From Octopus sinensis (Eukaryota): a stretch of 64,000 bases of DNA. The notes under the pieces were generated by a model. The model saw nothing but the letters and a program-made list of their open reading frames with translations. It had not been told where the DNA came from and ran no database searches. This document shows positions 14,891 to 27,161 of the stretch, one piece after another; the stretch's first letter is position 1; each line of letters begins with the position of its first letter. The translations under genes and the position numbers were made by a program. The stretch is from positions 23,250,001-23,314,000 of the forward strand of contig NC_043017.1 in assembly GCF_006345805.1 (NCBI RefSeq). The letters are read 5' to 3'.

Positions 14891-15320
14891 CTGGTGGAAT
14901 TCAAGCCTTTAATGTTTCTTTTGAATCTTTGTAAGCTAACATCAACGAAAGAAATAAGAGCTGTGGGGCGGGGTAATTCCAAAGACCCGACATTCTGGGA
15001 CAGAAGGACTGAGCCTAGTAGTCAGTGCGGAGCTTAGTGGGTTTGGATGCAAGGATGGTGATAAGAAAGGAGAAGAGTAGGCCGAGTGTACCTAGGCAGA
15101 GTATGAGCACAATCAGTTCCGAGAAGAGTAAGCCACTGTAGTATCTATAGAATGAACTAAAGAAGGAAACAACGCAATGGAGATTAGAGGTTGGAGTGAG
15201 TTTGTGTCAAAGTCAGTCAGCTGGGTAGCCCTTTTTTGAAAGCGGTCTAGGATGTCTGTGTGAGCAGCAGCACCGTCCTAAATGTGAAGGCAAGACTCCG
15301 CTGATATCACCTGAGATTTT
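14891..15320 (-). mobile_element. CR1/L2-group LINE, decayed ORF2 C-terminus
   Basis: Minus-strand translation across stops and frameshifts gives HI*DGAAAHTDILDRFQKRATQL...FYRYYSG...SEL...QSFCPRMSGLWN...SLQRFKRNI, matching the typical LDRIQKRA / FYRYY / SFFPRT..LWN / L..FK motifs. Confidence 0.8.
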
Positions 15321-15417
15321 ATAGAATATGAATAATTGTTGTGAGATGACGATTCATCTAGCCCTAAAGAGAAAAGTCGGTTGCTGAGATGCAGTCGTGG
15401 TTATATTAATTAATTAC

Positions 15418-15833
15418 AAGGCGGCGAGCTAGCAGAAACGTTAGCACGCCGGGCGAAATGCTCAGCGGTATTTCGTCTGCCGTTACGTTCTGAGTTCAAA
15501 TTCTGCCGAGGTCGACTTTGCCTTTCATCCTTTCGGGGTCGATAAATTAAGTACCAGTTACGCACTGGGGTCGATGTAATCAACTTAATACCTATGTCTG
15601 TCCTTGTTTGTCCCCTCTGTGTTTAGCCCCTTGTGGGTAATAAAGAAATAGGTATTTCGTCTGCCGTTACGTTCTGAGTTCAAATTCCGCCGAGGTCGAG
15701 TTTGCCCTTCATCCTTTCGGGGTCGATAAATTAAGTACCAGTTACGCACTGGGGTCAATGTAATCGACTTAATCCGTTTGTCTGTCCTTGTTTGTCCCCT
15801 CTGTGTGTAACCCCTTGTGGGTAGTAAAGAAAT
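15418..15833 (+). mobile_element. SINE family A: full copy plus 5'-truncated tandem copy
   Basis: aaggcggcgagctagcagaaacgttagcacgccgggcgaaatgc...taaagaaata (ends about 15650) is followed directly by ggtatttcgtctgccgttacg...aaagaaata. Confidence 0.93.
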
Positions 15834-15843
15834 ATATATTAAT

Positions 15844-15875
15844 TACTAGCAATGCACCCGGCGTTGTCCGGGTGT
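15844..15875 (+). mobile_element. Helitron/Helentron-like non-autonomous terminus
   Basis: actagc followed by hairpin cacccgg-cgttgt-ccgggtg; complementary to the sub-terminal motif at 35675-35699. Confidence 0.45.
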
Positions 15876-16507
15876 TTTGACCCATAGCCACATTGCATTA
15901 TTTGTTCCTTTCTTAGGGGAGAATCGGCACACGAGGAGCATGAAGCAAAACAACTCTTCTTTATTAACATGTTTCTCGATCGTTTTCTGATGAACAAGTC
16001 TGTGCTTGGCCTAGGGCTATAATAGAAAACACTTGCCCAAGATACCATGCAGAGGGACTGAAGGTGGGACCATGTGATTGGGAAGTAAACTTGCACCTAA
16101 TGTGCGTATGTGTGTTTGCGAGCGCGCGTGTGTTTACAATTGTTGTTAAATCGAGTATTGTGTCCCACTATGTCTCAAAGTTAGCAGTTCATCAAGCAGG
16201 GAACTATAAAATAAATGCCGGATTGAAATACGTAATGATCAATTAAATTTTTGAAGGTCATATCCCATCATGGTGACAGTCGAAAAATAATGTTTAAAGA
16301 CTTAATGGATACAAATTTAAGGTAAGGGATTACTAATCACAAGATAATAAGTTCAAAACTTTGTATTGAACTTCCACTCTATACGATAGCACTATATGTA
16401 CATCTCAATGTTCTTGACTTCCAACAATTAACAATTGCAATTTGAAGTTGAATGGTTAAAATTATTGTGCCAAATATTCTGAAGTAAAGTATTTTTTCAC
16501 AACAAAA

Positions 16508-16558
<51 letters not shown>

Positions 16559-16564
16559 ACACAC

Positions 16565-16798
16565 ACCGGTTGTCAAGCGGTGATGAGAGTACAAACAGAC
16601 ACAAGCACGCACGCACACACACATAAATATATATACATACGACGGGTTTCCTTCAGTTTCCGTCTACCAAATCCACGCACAAAGCTTTGGTCGGCCCGAC
16701 TTTAAAGAAGAAAACTCTTGCCCAAGGTGCCACACACTGGGACTGAACCTGGAACCATGTGGTTGGGAAGCAAGCTTCTAACCACACAGCCATGCCTG
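16565..16798 (-). mobile_element. SINE family B, head and middle
   Basis: Reverse complement of the family B head (ggctgtgtggttagaagcttgcttcccaaccacatggttcc) and CORE-like part. Confidence 0.85.
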
Positions 16799-18333
16799 TT
16801 TCCTTGATAGATGTTGTGACAGTGTCTTAATACTATCGAAAGAAGCTAAGTTGTTCTAATTCAATTGGAATAAGTGTTTTCCCTGTCAGTATTGGAGTAA
16901 GTACATCTCTAATTGGAAATGTTTACGCTGAGTACAGATGACAGCAATACGCCAAAGGTTAAGGAGAAAGAAGTGTATTATCATCTGTGTGTGTGTGTGG
17001 GTGTGTGTGTTAAACTGAAAGCGAGTTCAATCTGGTACAAAAGGAAGTGAGTTTGAATCAGAACCCAACCCTGAGACAAACCATAACTGGGAGAGTCTTG
17101 GTGACGCAACGTTGCATTTGGCTAATCTGAGCGGAAACTACCAAAACTAAGAGATGAAACACAGATGGCGTCCATAAGCATACAACGTTGCTTGGAAGCG
17201 ACCATGCTAGTGAGAATGATAGAAGACACAGCTGATGTCAAAGATAAAACAACATTGCTTCACCTGAGGCTCTCTATTGGTGTTATATATGTAAGAAATC
17301 CGGTACATTTGGCCCTACGGAAACCATAGCTCTTAACGCAGATAACCAAGAGAACGAAATTCACAGTAATAAATGAAGCAAGGTTTTGTGAGTGTTTGTG
17401 TGTGGAGGGGATAGTTTCTATCACTTTTGAGATGTTGAATAGTGTAGGTCACGTAAGCACACCCACAAAATACATATGCGTGTGCGCGTGAAAATGGAGA
17501 GTGAGCCTAAAATGGTGGTTCACTCGATATGCTCGAAAAAGTAACCAAATTTCCCTTAAAGCACACATTACTATCTTTACAAAGTCATAATGAATGATAT
17601 AGATCTAGGTAACACTGTTGGAACTAAACTGCTGTAGCCAAGCAAGTAGTTCATATACGAGGGTGATAGGTCATCAGATTTAATTTTTATGGACACGTTC
17701 CTGATTATGTACACAAATTCAACAAGTCCGATCGCAAACGTGAATTTGTTCTCTGCGAGAGAAGAAGCTCTGTAATGGTTACTTCGAGCTGCTACCTACG
17801 CTGACATTTAATCGTTAAGATGTTGGGTTTGTGCTATGAGACGTTGGGACTACTTTAGATGGTCAGGCTCCGCTTCTGCTAGTTATATTCCAACGATTTC
17901 CACTCGTAATTTCTGATGCCACTATAGATGAGCACAGCCTGGACAGGTCTGCTGTATCAGGCTTGTCATGGGACTAACCAACAAGCATATCCACAATTAT
18001 ACTGCACATTAACAAATGCAGTCATAGATATGTAATGTTTGAATATAAACCAAAACATTGCTTTAGACAAAATATTAACTGCGATACTGTATATTAGAAA
18101 ACTTAGCCCTAGATGTGCTAACTTCTTAATAAATAGTGGGATGACCACAAGTGGAACGATTCTTTTAATCAGGGCTGACCTAGAGCTATAAGGTAACATT
18201 CAATACAGCTGTATATTGAGGATTCTTCGTGCTCACGTAGCGCATTAATTAATAAATAGTCAAGTTGTGGTTCGTGTTTACGTAATATATCAACAACACA
18301 CTTACTGTATGTGTGTATGCGTGTGTGAATGCA

Positions 18334-18374
<41 letters not shown>

Positions 18375-18379
<5 letters not shown>

Positions 18380-18670
18380 GCAGTGACCCAGTGGTTAGGA
18401 CAGCGGCGTCGCGGTCGGAGGATCGCGGTTTCGATTCCCAGACCGGACGTTGTGTGTGTTTATTGAGCGAAAACACCTAAAGCTCCACAAGGCTCCGGCA
18501 GGGGTGGTGGCGACCTCTGTTGTACTCTTTCGCCCCAACTTTCTCTCACTCTTTCTTCCTGTTTCTTGGGTAACGGTGCGATGGACTGGCGTCCCGTCCA
18601 TCTAGTGGGGAACACATACGCCATAGAAACCGGGAAACTGGGCCCATGAGCCTGGCTAGGCTTGAAAACC
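18375..18670 (+). mobile_element. tRNA-derived SINE with V-domain-like segment (family D)
   Basis: A-box (gtgacccagtggttag) and B-box (ggtttcgattccc) like head; gcgatggactggcgtcccgtcc resembles the V-SINE motif; second copy at 37058-37345. Confidence 0.8.
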
Positions 18671-19170
18671 CTTCTTTTCTGAGCGTCCAATAATACTTTA
18701 TTTGTTCCACGTCCTTGCGTTGTTGTCTTTTTGTTTTCTTGTTTGGATTAACCCTATATATATTTGTATATGTGTGTGTGTGTGTGTGTGTTGTGTGTGT
18801 GTGTGTGTGTGTATGTTTACACATGCATACGCATACATACACATACATGCATGCAAACATACATACATATATACATACAAACATGCGTACATACGCTCCA
18901 AAATTTATTGTACACGTAAACACACACATACAAAAGAGCCGGTTTCACGGGTGGTGGTGCATATGCACTGTCGATCTGATTTTATCAAGCAGCAGGTGTT
19001 GGTGACATTCGACTGTTTTCACTTTGTAAAATAGTATATACTTATTAAGAAGAGAGAGAAGATAGGAGGCCTGTGTGTGTGAGTGCTTGAAATTAGAGAA
19101 TGACTCCGAGGTGCGGAGAGAGAAAGAGAGAATGTAAAGAGAGAAAGAGGAGAAAATATGGAGAGGGCGA

Positions 19171-19206
<36 letters not shown>

Positions 19207-20059
19207 ACGCGCGCGCGTACGTCCGCGCATGTTTATCCGTTGAGGCGAGTGCCATGTTGATAAGCTCCCGGCAACACTGTACAACGACCTGGTTTCTATA
19301 GCACCAAGGCTACAAGTAGTGGGGGGTAGTGATGCCTACTAACAGGAAACTAACTCGAAACACACCGTTTGCATACAATTGCTCTTAATAAACACTAGAT
19401 CTAAAACATCTCAAATTCTTACGCATTTATACGATAATATAGCCAAACCCTGTTTCATAAAGGCTTCGTGTGCGCACACGCACACACTCACACACACGCA
19501 CACACACATAAACACACACACACACACACACACATTTCGTTTCGAAATATACAATCTACATTAAATTTCATTTTTAACTTCCGAATCCGTAATTAAAATT
19601 CTTTAAACAAAGATTATGATTCTGAAAAAAAGTAGGGGGGCTTTTAAGCTTAAGAATTTGGATACGGGATCAGAGTTAAAGTTAGGATTAAGGTTAGGGG
19701 TTAAAATTTAGAAAACTTTTCAGTAAGAAACAAAATGTTACAAGGGGATATTTGGTCCGAAATTCCACCCATTGTTTATCCGGAATTCTTACAATAACTA
19801 TAATTTAAATAAATTACTTTACGGGGTTTGCTTCAGTTGCCTGATTTTTTAACCGGAACAATGCCGGATATTTCGGCTTATAAAAGATGGGGTAGACTCA
19901 GTAAAATTGATACTAGTATATGTCTGATACATATCGATAGAAACCGAAGGCAACCAAAACACGGTTTGAACTCATAACATAAAACGACGTAACTCTAAAG
20001 TACAAGTTTCTTATGAAGTTAATTTTGCCCGACATCATTCTCGGATCGATAAAATAAAG

Positions 20060-20745
20060 TACTAGTAAATATTGGTTTCAAATTTTGGCATTAGGATAGC
20101 AATTTCGGTAGCGGGGTTAAGTCGATTACATCGACTGCAGTGTTCAACTGGTACTTATCTTATCGACCCCGGAAATGAAAGACAAAGTGGACGTCGAACG
20201 ATTTTGAACTCACAACGTCTGAACAGACGAAATTCCTCTAAGCGTTACCCCTCGTGTGCTAACGATTCTGCCAGTTCGCCGCCTTGATGAAGGTAACTAT
20301 TGTTTCACATTTTGATATAAGGTCAGCAATTTTGAGGGAGAGGGTTAGTCGATTGCATCGACCCCATTGTTCAGTTGCCTCTAATTTTATTGACCCCAAA
20401 AGGATGAAAGGCAAAGTTCACCCCGGTGGAATTTGAACTCAGAACGTAAAGACGGACGAAATGCCGCTAAGCATTTTTCCCACCTTGCTAACGGTTCTGC
20501 CAGCTAGCCTAGCCGCCTTACTACTAGTTGATATTGATTTTAAACTTTGGCTCAAGGCCAGCAACTTTGGGGTTAAGTCGATTACATTGATTCCAGTACA
20601 GAACTGGTACTTATTTTATCGATCCTGAAAGGATAAAAGATAAAGTCGACCTCGGCGAATTTGAACCCAGAGCGTAAGATGGATGAAATACCACAAAGCA
20701 TTTCACCCGGCGTGCTAACAATTCTGCCAGCTCGCCACCTTACAC
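20060..20745 (-). mobile_element. Three degenerate tandem copies of SINE family A
   Basis: Repeated gtcgattacatcgac...aaaggatgaaaggcaaagt...ttgaactcagaacg...gccagctcgcc blocks. Confidence 0.85.
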
Positions 20746-20829
20746 CTAATAAATATTGAACTCAATTTCATGTTCCTTTTAAGCATACCAGCTGAAAATA
20801 GAATTATAATAGAAGACTAAGTCACCCCA

Positions 20830-21035
20830 CCGATCTTCTGTACAATGCTGGATTCTCCGTCGGTTCGACAGTGACCATTTAGTTGTTCGATCACTTGAAC
20901 TGCCCATTTGATAAATTAGATATTCGATGAATTAACGCGTAAATGGATGAATATTCCACAGATATGTGTATCTCTAATGTAATTCTAAAGCTGAATTAGC
21001 ATGACAAAACCGGGCCTTTAAACTACAACTACTAT
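20830..21035 (-). mobile_element. Degenerate SINE family E, 3' part
   Basis: ctccgtcggttcgac...gaattaacgcgtaaatggatgaatattccacagatatgtgta resembles 42542-42705 and 50455-50790. Confidence 0.5.
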
Positions 21036-21133
21036 CTATTCGACGCACTGACAGTTTCTAGTTTACTGAGGGATCGACATCGGATCTCATGACTACGAAT
21101 GCAATATTATAAGACCAATAGATAGGGTTAATG

Positions 21134-21562
21134 GGATATTTTCGGTTTGAACGGCAGTTTTTTCTAGTGGTGTCATATGAAATTGTCACCCATAATTATG
21201 ACCCTAGTATCGATCTATTGTATTTCAATCTGTTTTAGGGTTAGGGCTAGTTAGGGTTAGGGGTGGGGTGGAAGGGTATCTTTTTTTCTTCAGAAATGTA
21301 AATAAACCCAATCTATTTCTTAACCGAGGGACATATTCATACGGCACAGAATATTTTCACCTCAATAGACGTCACTGATTGGTTGAAATTGCAGAAATTG
21401 AAGAAGAAAAAACAACAAATATCTTACAAACTATAGAATTTTCTCAATAAAGCCAAGAGAAAAAGATGTTTTATAAACACATTCTACCAGTATACGAAGT
21501 TTAAAAGTGTTTAGTTACGTGAAAATTAATTTAAAAAACTGCCGTTCAAACCGAAAAGATCC
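21134..21562. mobile_element. GGATC-ended MITE, asymmetric form, with 8-bp TSD and TTAGGG tract
   Basis: TIRs ggatattttcggtttgaacggcagttttt / aaaaaactgccgttcaaaccgaaaagatcc; identical flanking ggttaatg at 21126-21133 and 21563-21570; ttagggttaggg at about 21235-21262. Confidence 0.9.
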
Positions 21563-22154
21563 GGTTAATGCATTAAAATATTTAATAGCAGGAACATCCA
21601 AAAGCAAATAAGAAAAAAATTATCCGACGAAATATCAAAACTATTTATTAGTCAGCATTTTTATTATCAGTAAACATTTTTATTATCACAATGCATTATA
21701 GTTTGTACCGAACTACCATTTAAAAATTGTCGAAACTACGATTAGTTTCCCTTCGATTTATACCAATATAAATTCATCTATTTGTCCTTCTCTCTCCATC
21801 TCTTTCTCTCACTCTTTCTCCCTCTCTTTCACTGTCTCCTTCTCTCTCTCACTTACACACACACAGACACACATGCACGTACGCGCGCGCGCGCACATAA
21901 ACTTGCATGCTAAGTGTGTCTACGTCCACTCACGTGGCTTGCAAGCTCTATATCCATGTGTATAATAATACAAAACCAGAGCCCGAAGAAACTAACAAGT
22001 GGATGTGTGTCGGTGCATGTAAGTACAGACACTTCTCAAATACGAATAAGTTTCGATGACGTATGATGTTCACCTGTTACTTCATCTGCGACTATCTACT
22101 TTCTTGTGTCTCCCCATCTGTCTGTCTTTGTCTGCCAATCTGTGTTTGCTTTTC

Positions 22155-22222
<68 letters not shown>

Positions 22223-22299
22223 CTCTTTCTCCCCCTCTATCTCTCTCTCTCTATCTCTATCTATCTATCTATCTATCTATCTCTACCTCTCTCTCTCTG

Positions 22300-22345
<46 letters not shown>

Positions 22346-22353
22346 AATCTCTA

Positions 22354-22406
<53 letters not shown>

Positions 22407-22576
22407 ATCTATATTACTCTCTTTCTGACTTATCTGTTTCTTTGTCATTGTGTCTAACTTATACACACAAAACCATGTACACGCACGCGCACACACACAC
22501 GCACACACATACACTCACATGTATGTGCATCACACACCCAAACACCCCCCCACACACACACACACACATATATACA

Positions 22577-23640
22577 CAGAACTGGGCGTAAATCCGTTAA
22601 TTCGTTAATCGTTAATTAACGAAGTTAACATTTTCGTTGACGATTTAACTTTTAAGTTAACTTTGAAAAATCCTTATCGGACTAATTAACTTCCGTTACA
22701 TTTAGCTTCCGTTAACCCAAAACTCGTCCACTGCAGCCCCTTAGTCGATGCAGTTTTGGAAGGCATCGAAAAAACATTTGCGACCCTCCCGGATGATGAG
22801 GAATGTCAACTGGCTGCTGCCTTCCACCCAGGTGTCACCTCATCTGGTTGGATAGGTATGATACCTATTTCTTTATTACCCACAAGGGGCTAAGCATAGA
22901 GGGGACAAACAAGGACAGACATAGGTATTAAGTCGATTACATCGACCCCAGTGCGTAACTGGTACTTAATTTATCGACCCCGAAAGGATGAAAGGCAAAG
23001 TCGACCTCGGCGGAATTTGAACTCACAACGTAACGCAGATGAAATACCGCTAAGCATTTCGCCCGGCGTGCTAACGTTTCTGCCAGCTCGCCGCCTTATA
23101 GGTATGATACCACCAAGTTCACCAAGGTGAGGAGAAGCATGGAGGATAAAGTCGAAGGAGCCATGCTGCAGCAGTTCGAGGAAGAGCGCCGCAACAGTGG
23201 AGGCAGCAACAACGAAGAGGAGGGTGACTTCTTCAGTGGTGTCACCCAACAAAAAGAGAGCGGAAGCCACAGGTCACTGAAGGACAAGGTCCAGAATTTA
23301 GTAAAGACCTGGTTGGAGACCAACTCCAAAGCTCTACTGACAGATGCTGCCTTCTTGAGTGAGTAAGCGTAGGTGGACTTATTCAAGAAGTTCAACACAG
23401 CCATCCCTTCCAGGGCTACAATTGAACGTTTATTTTCCATGGGCAAGGACATCTTGAGTGCTAAGAGATCGTCCTTGTCTGATGAAAATTTTAGAATGTT
23501 AAGTTTCATGGAGAACAACATGAATCTCATCAATAAAATGGAGAAGAAAAATTAAATTATGTATTTATCGTGTTTTTCATCGTTTGTTTTATTTTTATTT
23601 GTTTACGGCTACTTTGTCAATAAACGTTTTTAGTTTAATA
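22577..23640 (+). mobile_element. Internally deleted hAT DNA transposon remnant
   Basis: Start cagaactgggcg with sub-terminal gttaac repeats, then transposase 3' part ...LAAAFHP...LFKKFNTAIPSRATIERLFSMGKDILSAKRSSLSDENF (hAT C-terminal dimerisation motif); in-frame stops; no 3' TIR seen. Confidence 0.85.
22866..23097 (-). mobile_element. Full-length young SINE family A inserted in the hAT remnant, 14-bp TSD
   Basis: Direct repeat ataggtatgatacc at 22852-22865 and 23098-23111 flanks a near-consensus copy. Confidence 0.95.
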
Positions 23641-23718
23641 CTAATATTGTGTTTCATTTGAGTTTTCCCCCCCCCCTTTTCTGGCACTAAAAGCCTTTAA
23701 AAACCTTTTTAAAAAGAG

Positions 23719-23871
23719 CCAAAACTATGAAATCAGTCTTTTTTTTTTTTAGGCCCTTTGAAATTTGAAGCTATAAAATCAGCAATTTTTAACTCTAATC
23801 AAAAATAAAACTATAGTTTTGAGGTTCTAAAACTCTCGAAAAGGCCAAAAGACCCGATTTTATAGTTTTGG
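23719..23871. mobile_element. Small MITE-like inverted-repeat element
   Basis: ccaaaactatgaaatcagtctttt versus the reverse complement of aaaagacccgattttatagttttgg; no TSD recognised. Confidence 0.4.
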
Positions 23872-24894
23872 AACAGTTTAATCCCTTCGTATTAAAACCG
23901 TCCAAAGCCTGTTGTATCTAATTCCTCAGCAAAATCTTTAAAAAATAATAATAAATCACGTTAGGAAATTCTCGTAGCTTTGAGATAATGTGAAGTTGAC
24001 CATGAGGTAGTATTTGACCTGAAGACAATAGAAATGTTTTTGTTTGTGATGACCAACCCAATTACAAACGCTAATGTTTTTATGATTGTCCTTTCCTTAA
24101 TTAGGCCATCTTATGACCCTTCTTCTATCGCATCCTTCCTTCCTTTCTTTCCTTCTCTTTTCTCTAATCCATCTTTTCCAAATCACCATTTCTCTTCTAA
24201 TTTCTTTATCTCTCTTCTACTAACCTTATACTTATTATCTCTCCTCGAAAGACAGACAGACAGACAGACTGACAGATAAACAGAGGTGTCCACATCACAG
24301 TACAAGAGCTAAAAAAGACGACTTCAATAGGTAGTGTTTCATCCAAATCAAATTCTAACACGCAATACTCCAAAATATACTTGATGCGAATAACTCTAAA
24401 AAAAAAATATCATTTCATCCACGAGTCTATAACATCTTAAATGTTTTCCTCTTTGTGCAAAAATCCTTTGACAAAATAGTTAGCTAAGTACAAATCAATA
24501 CTAGACTAAGGTTAGAAATAAATTTTGATAAAAAAAAAGACAAAACACATCGCATGGTCGTTTAGGTGCAAAAGCATAATGAAAATATTCTAAAGTCAAT
24601 ATTAAACATTAGTCAGTGAGGATAAAAAGCAAAAACCATTAAAAACAATAGTTGTCATTTGTACGCGAATATTACCTGATAGCTTCTCCCATATTTTCTC
24701 TAATTGTTTTAGGTGCCTATGTAGTCGCGCGCAAACATAACCATCCTTTGGTCTTCACAATGTTGAGCCAGCAAAGCATTGAGAATGTGACAGCTGGGGA
24801 TAGAACGGAAGAAAACTCTTGGCTGAAACTCAGTTTTAGTCACTGTCAGCCTCTTCTTTTATACACACACACACATGCATATATACATACACGT

Positions 24895-25075
24895 ATGTAT
24901 GTATGTATGTATGTATGTATGTATGTATGTATGTATGTATGTATGTATGTGTGTATGTGTGTATGCATGTATGTATGTATGTATGTATGTATGTAATGTA
25001 TGTATGTATGTATGTATGTAATGTATGTATGTATGTATGTATGTATGTATGTATGTATGCATGTATGTATGCATG

Positions 25076-25109
<34 letters not shown>

Positions 25110-25500
25110 TGTATGTATGCATGTATGTATGCATGTATGTATGTATGTATGTATGTATGTATGTATGTATGTATGTATGTATGCATGTATGTATGTGTGT
25201 ATGCATGTATGTATGTATGTATGTATGTATGTATGTATGTATGTATGTATGTATGTATGCATGTATGTATGTATGTATGTATGTATGTATGTATGTATGT
25301 ATGTATGTATGTATGTATGTATGTATGTATGTATGCATGCATGCATGTATGTATGTATGTATGTATGTATGTATGTATGCATGCATGCATGTATGTATGT
25401 ATGTATGTATGTATGTATGTATGTATGTATGCATACATGTATGTATGTATGTATGTATGTATGTATGTATGTATGTATGTATGTATGTATGTATGTATGT
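24895..25500. repeat. (TATG)n microsatellite with CATG variants
   Basis: About 600 bp, directly visible. Confidence 0.98.
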
Positions 25501-25886
25501 GCATTTGCAAGTGCACTAAACATTTCTGGTCGTCAGATTTATACCGTTTAGATCTTCACTTTTTGTTGTTTTATTTTAAGCTTTTGTTTCCTTCCTTTTC
25601 CAATTTCGCTTATGATAATTTATGCAGAAAATATAGCTTAACATCTACGTCTAACAAGTTGCATTATAGACTAGTTAATGTGTGTGTATTCATTCATAAT
25701 AATTTTCTGTTAAGAAATAGTTGCTGAATAATGTTTGCTATTAGTGTCATGAGATACATTTCCGATGTAGTAGATATGATGAGTTTTCATTCGGTCTACA
25801 CAATTTATATAACTTTTGAAGTGTGATAGTAAGCCGAAGCCAATTCTCTTAATGCTGTTTGTGCCTTTAGGCTTACACATACTGAC

Positions 25887-25933
<47 letters not shown>

Positions 25934-26096
25934 GCACGCACACACTTTCTGTATCTGTCCCTCCCTCCTCTACACTCCGTGTATGTGAGTGTGGGCATGT
26001 CTCTCTCCTTCCACACACACGCGTACATGCGAACACACAAACACACACACACACATACGCACACACGCACACACACACACAAACACATACACATAG

Positions 26097-26133
<37 letters not shown>

Positions 26134-26311
26134 TCTTTGTCTTCCATTTTCATTCCTAATTCACTGACAACAGGATTTACAGTTAGACGAGCTACGTGCG
26201 TATTATCAATCAACTCGAGTGACTGGCTCGTGTCTGCCGTTGTTATTGAGTGCGCGCGCCTTACTGTGTGCGTGTGAGTGTGCGTGTGTATGTGTGTGTG
26301 GGTGCGCGTGT

Positions 26312-26354
<43 letters not shown>

Positions 26355-26514
26355 CGTACACCGGTGCAAGTGTATTGCATGCGTGTGCGTGAGTATGCGG
26401 GCTTGTATGGGTGAGTGGATGACTATGATCTTGTGTTCTTGATGAATGCAAATACATTTAAGCGTGTATGTGTGAGTGTTTATGCTTGTGAAAGCTGCGC
26501 AGGTTTCTTGGTGA

Positions 26515-26545
<31 letters not shown>

Positions 26546-26884
26546 TGTATGTATGTATGTGTATGTGGGTTGTGCGCGCGCGCGTTCTTACGTGTTCCTC
26601 GACAGACGGAAGCGAGACGTTTACCTTAAAAGCGTTTTTAAGATGACAAAATTTCGGTCACACAGCTGGAATAGTTTCATGCTGTCGCCATTCTGGCTAC
26701 CGTAAGAAACATTGATATTAATCATGATTAAGGTGATAATATTAATAACCGTTTCTGACATGGATTCCTTAAACCCCAAATACCATGTCTCGAACCTAAG
26801 TGCTCTACTGGTACTTTATAATATTGACCTCAAAAGAAAGAAAGAGAAAATTAATTTCAGCGGTGTTTGAACTCAGAACCTAAA

Positions 26885-27160
26885 AGGCCGCCGTCCTCCA
26901 TCCTGTCAACTTTGTCCATCACACTACTTCTTTCAAAATAGCCACTTGACAGAACACCGCCTGACTCGCCTTGTAAAGGCGGCTGGTGATGCGCTCTTCA
27001 AGATGAATTCAGCTAATAGCCAGGCTCCTCATACGCGCGTCAATAACTGTTCGACATAACTACAATTCTGCAATGCACATGTATATGCAGTACGGTTTCG
27101 TCACCTTGTACGTATCTCGGGGATTCCTGCTTGGCAGCTCTTCCGTTCTTGTAGATTTTG
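26885..27160 (-). mobile_element. Tx1/L1-like LINE, decayed ORF2 C-terminal fragment
   Basis: Minus-strand translation across frameshifts gives PRYVQGDETVLH...YVEQLLTRV...LAEFILK...KEVV*WTKLTG, resembling the CPRC..DETVLH / YVEQLL.RV / AKEVVW motifs. Confidence 0.6.
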
Positions 27161-27161
27161 A

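Noticed and set aside
15418-15500. tRNA-like A/B boxes (also at 18375 and 34875)
   Set aside because: They are SINE heads continuing into SINE bodies, with no complete cloverleaf; not tRNA genes.
19640-19880. Degenerate TTAGGG-like run resembling the MITE cores
   Set aside because: No GGATC termini or inverted arms could be identified.
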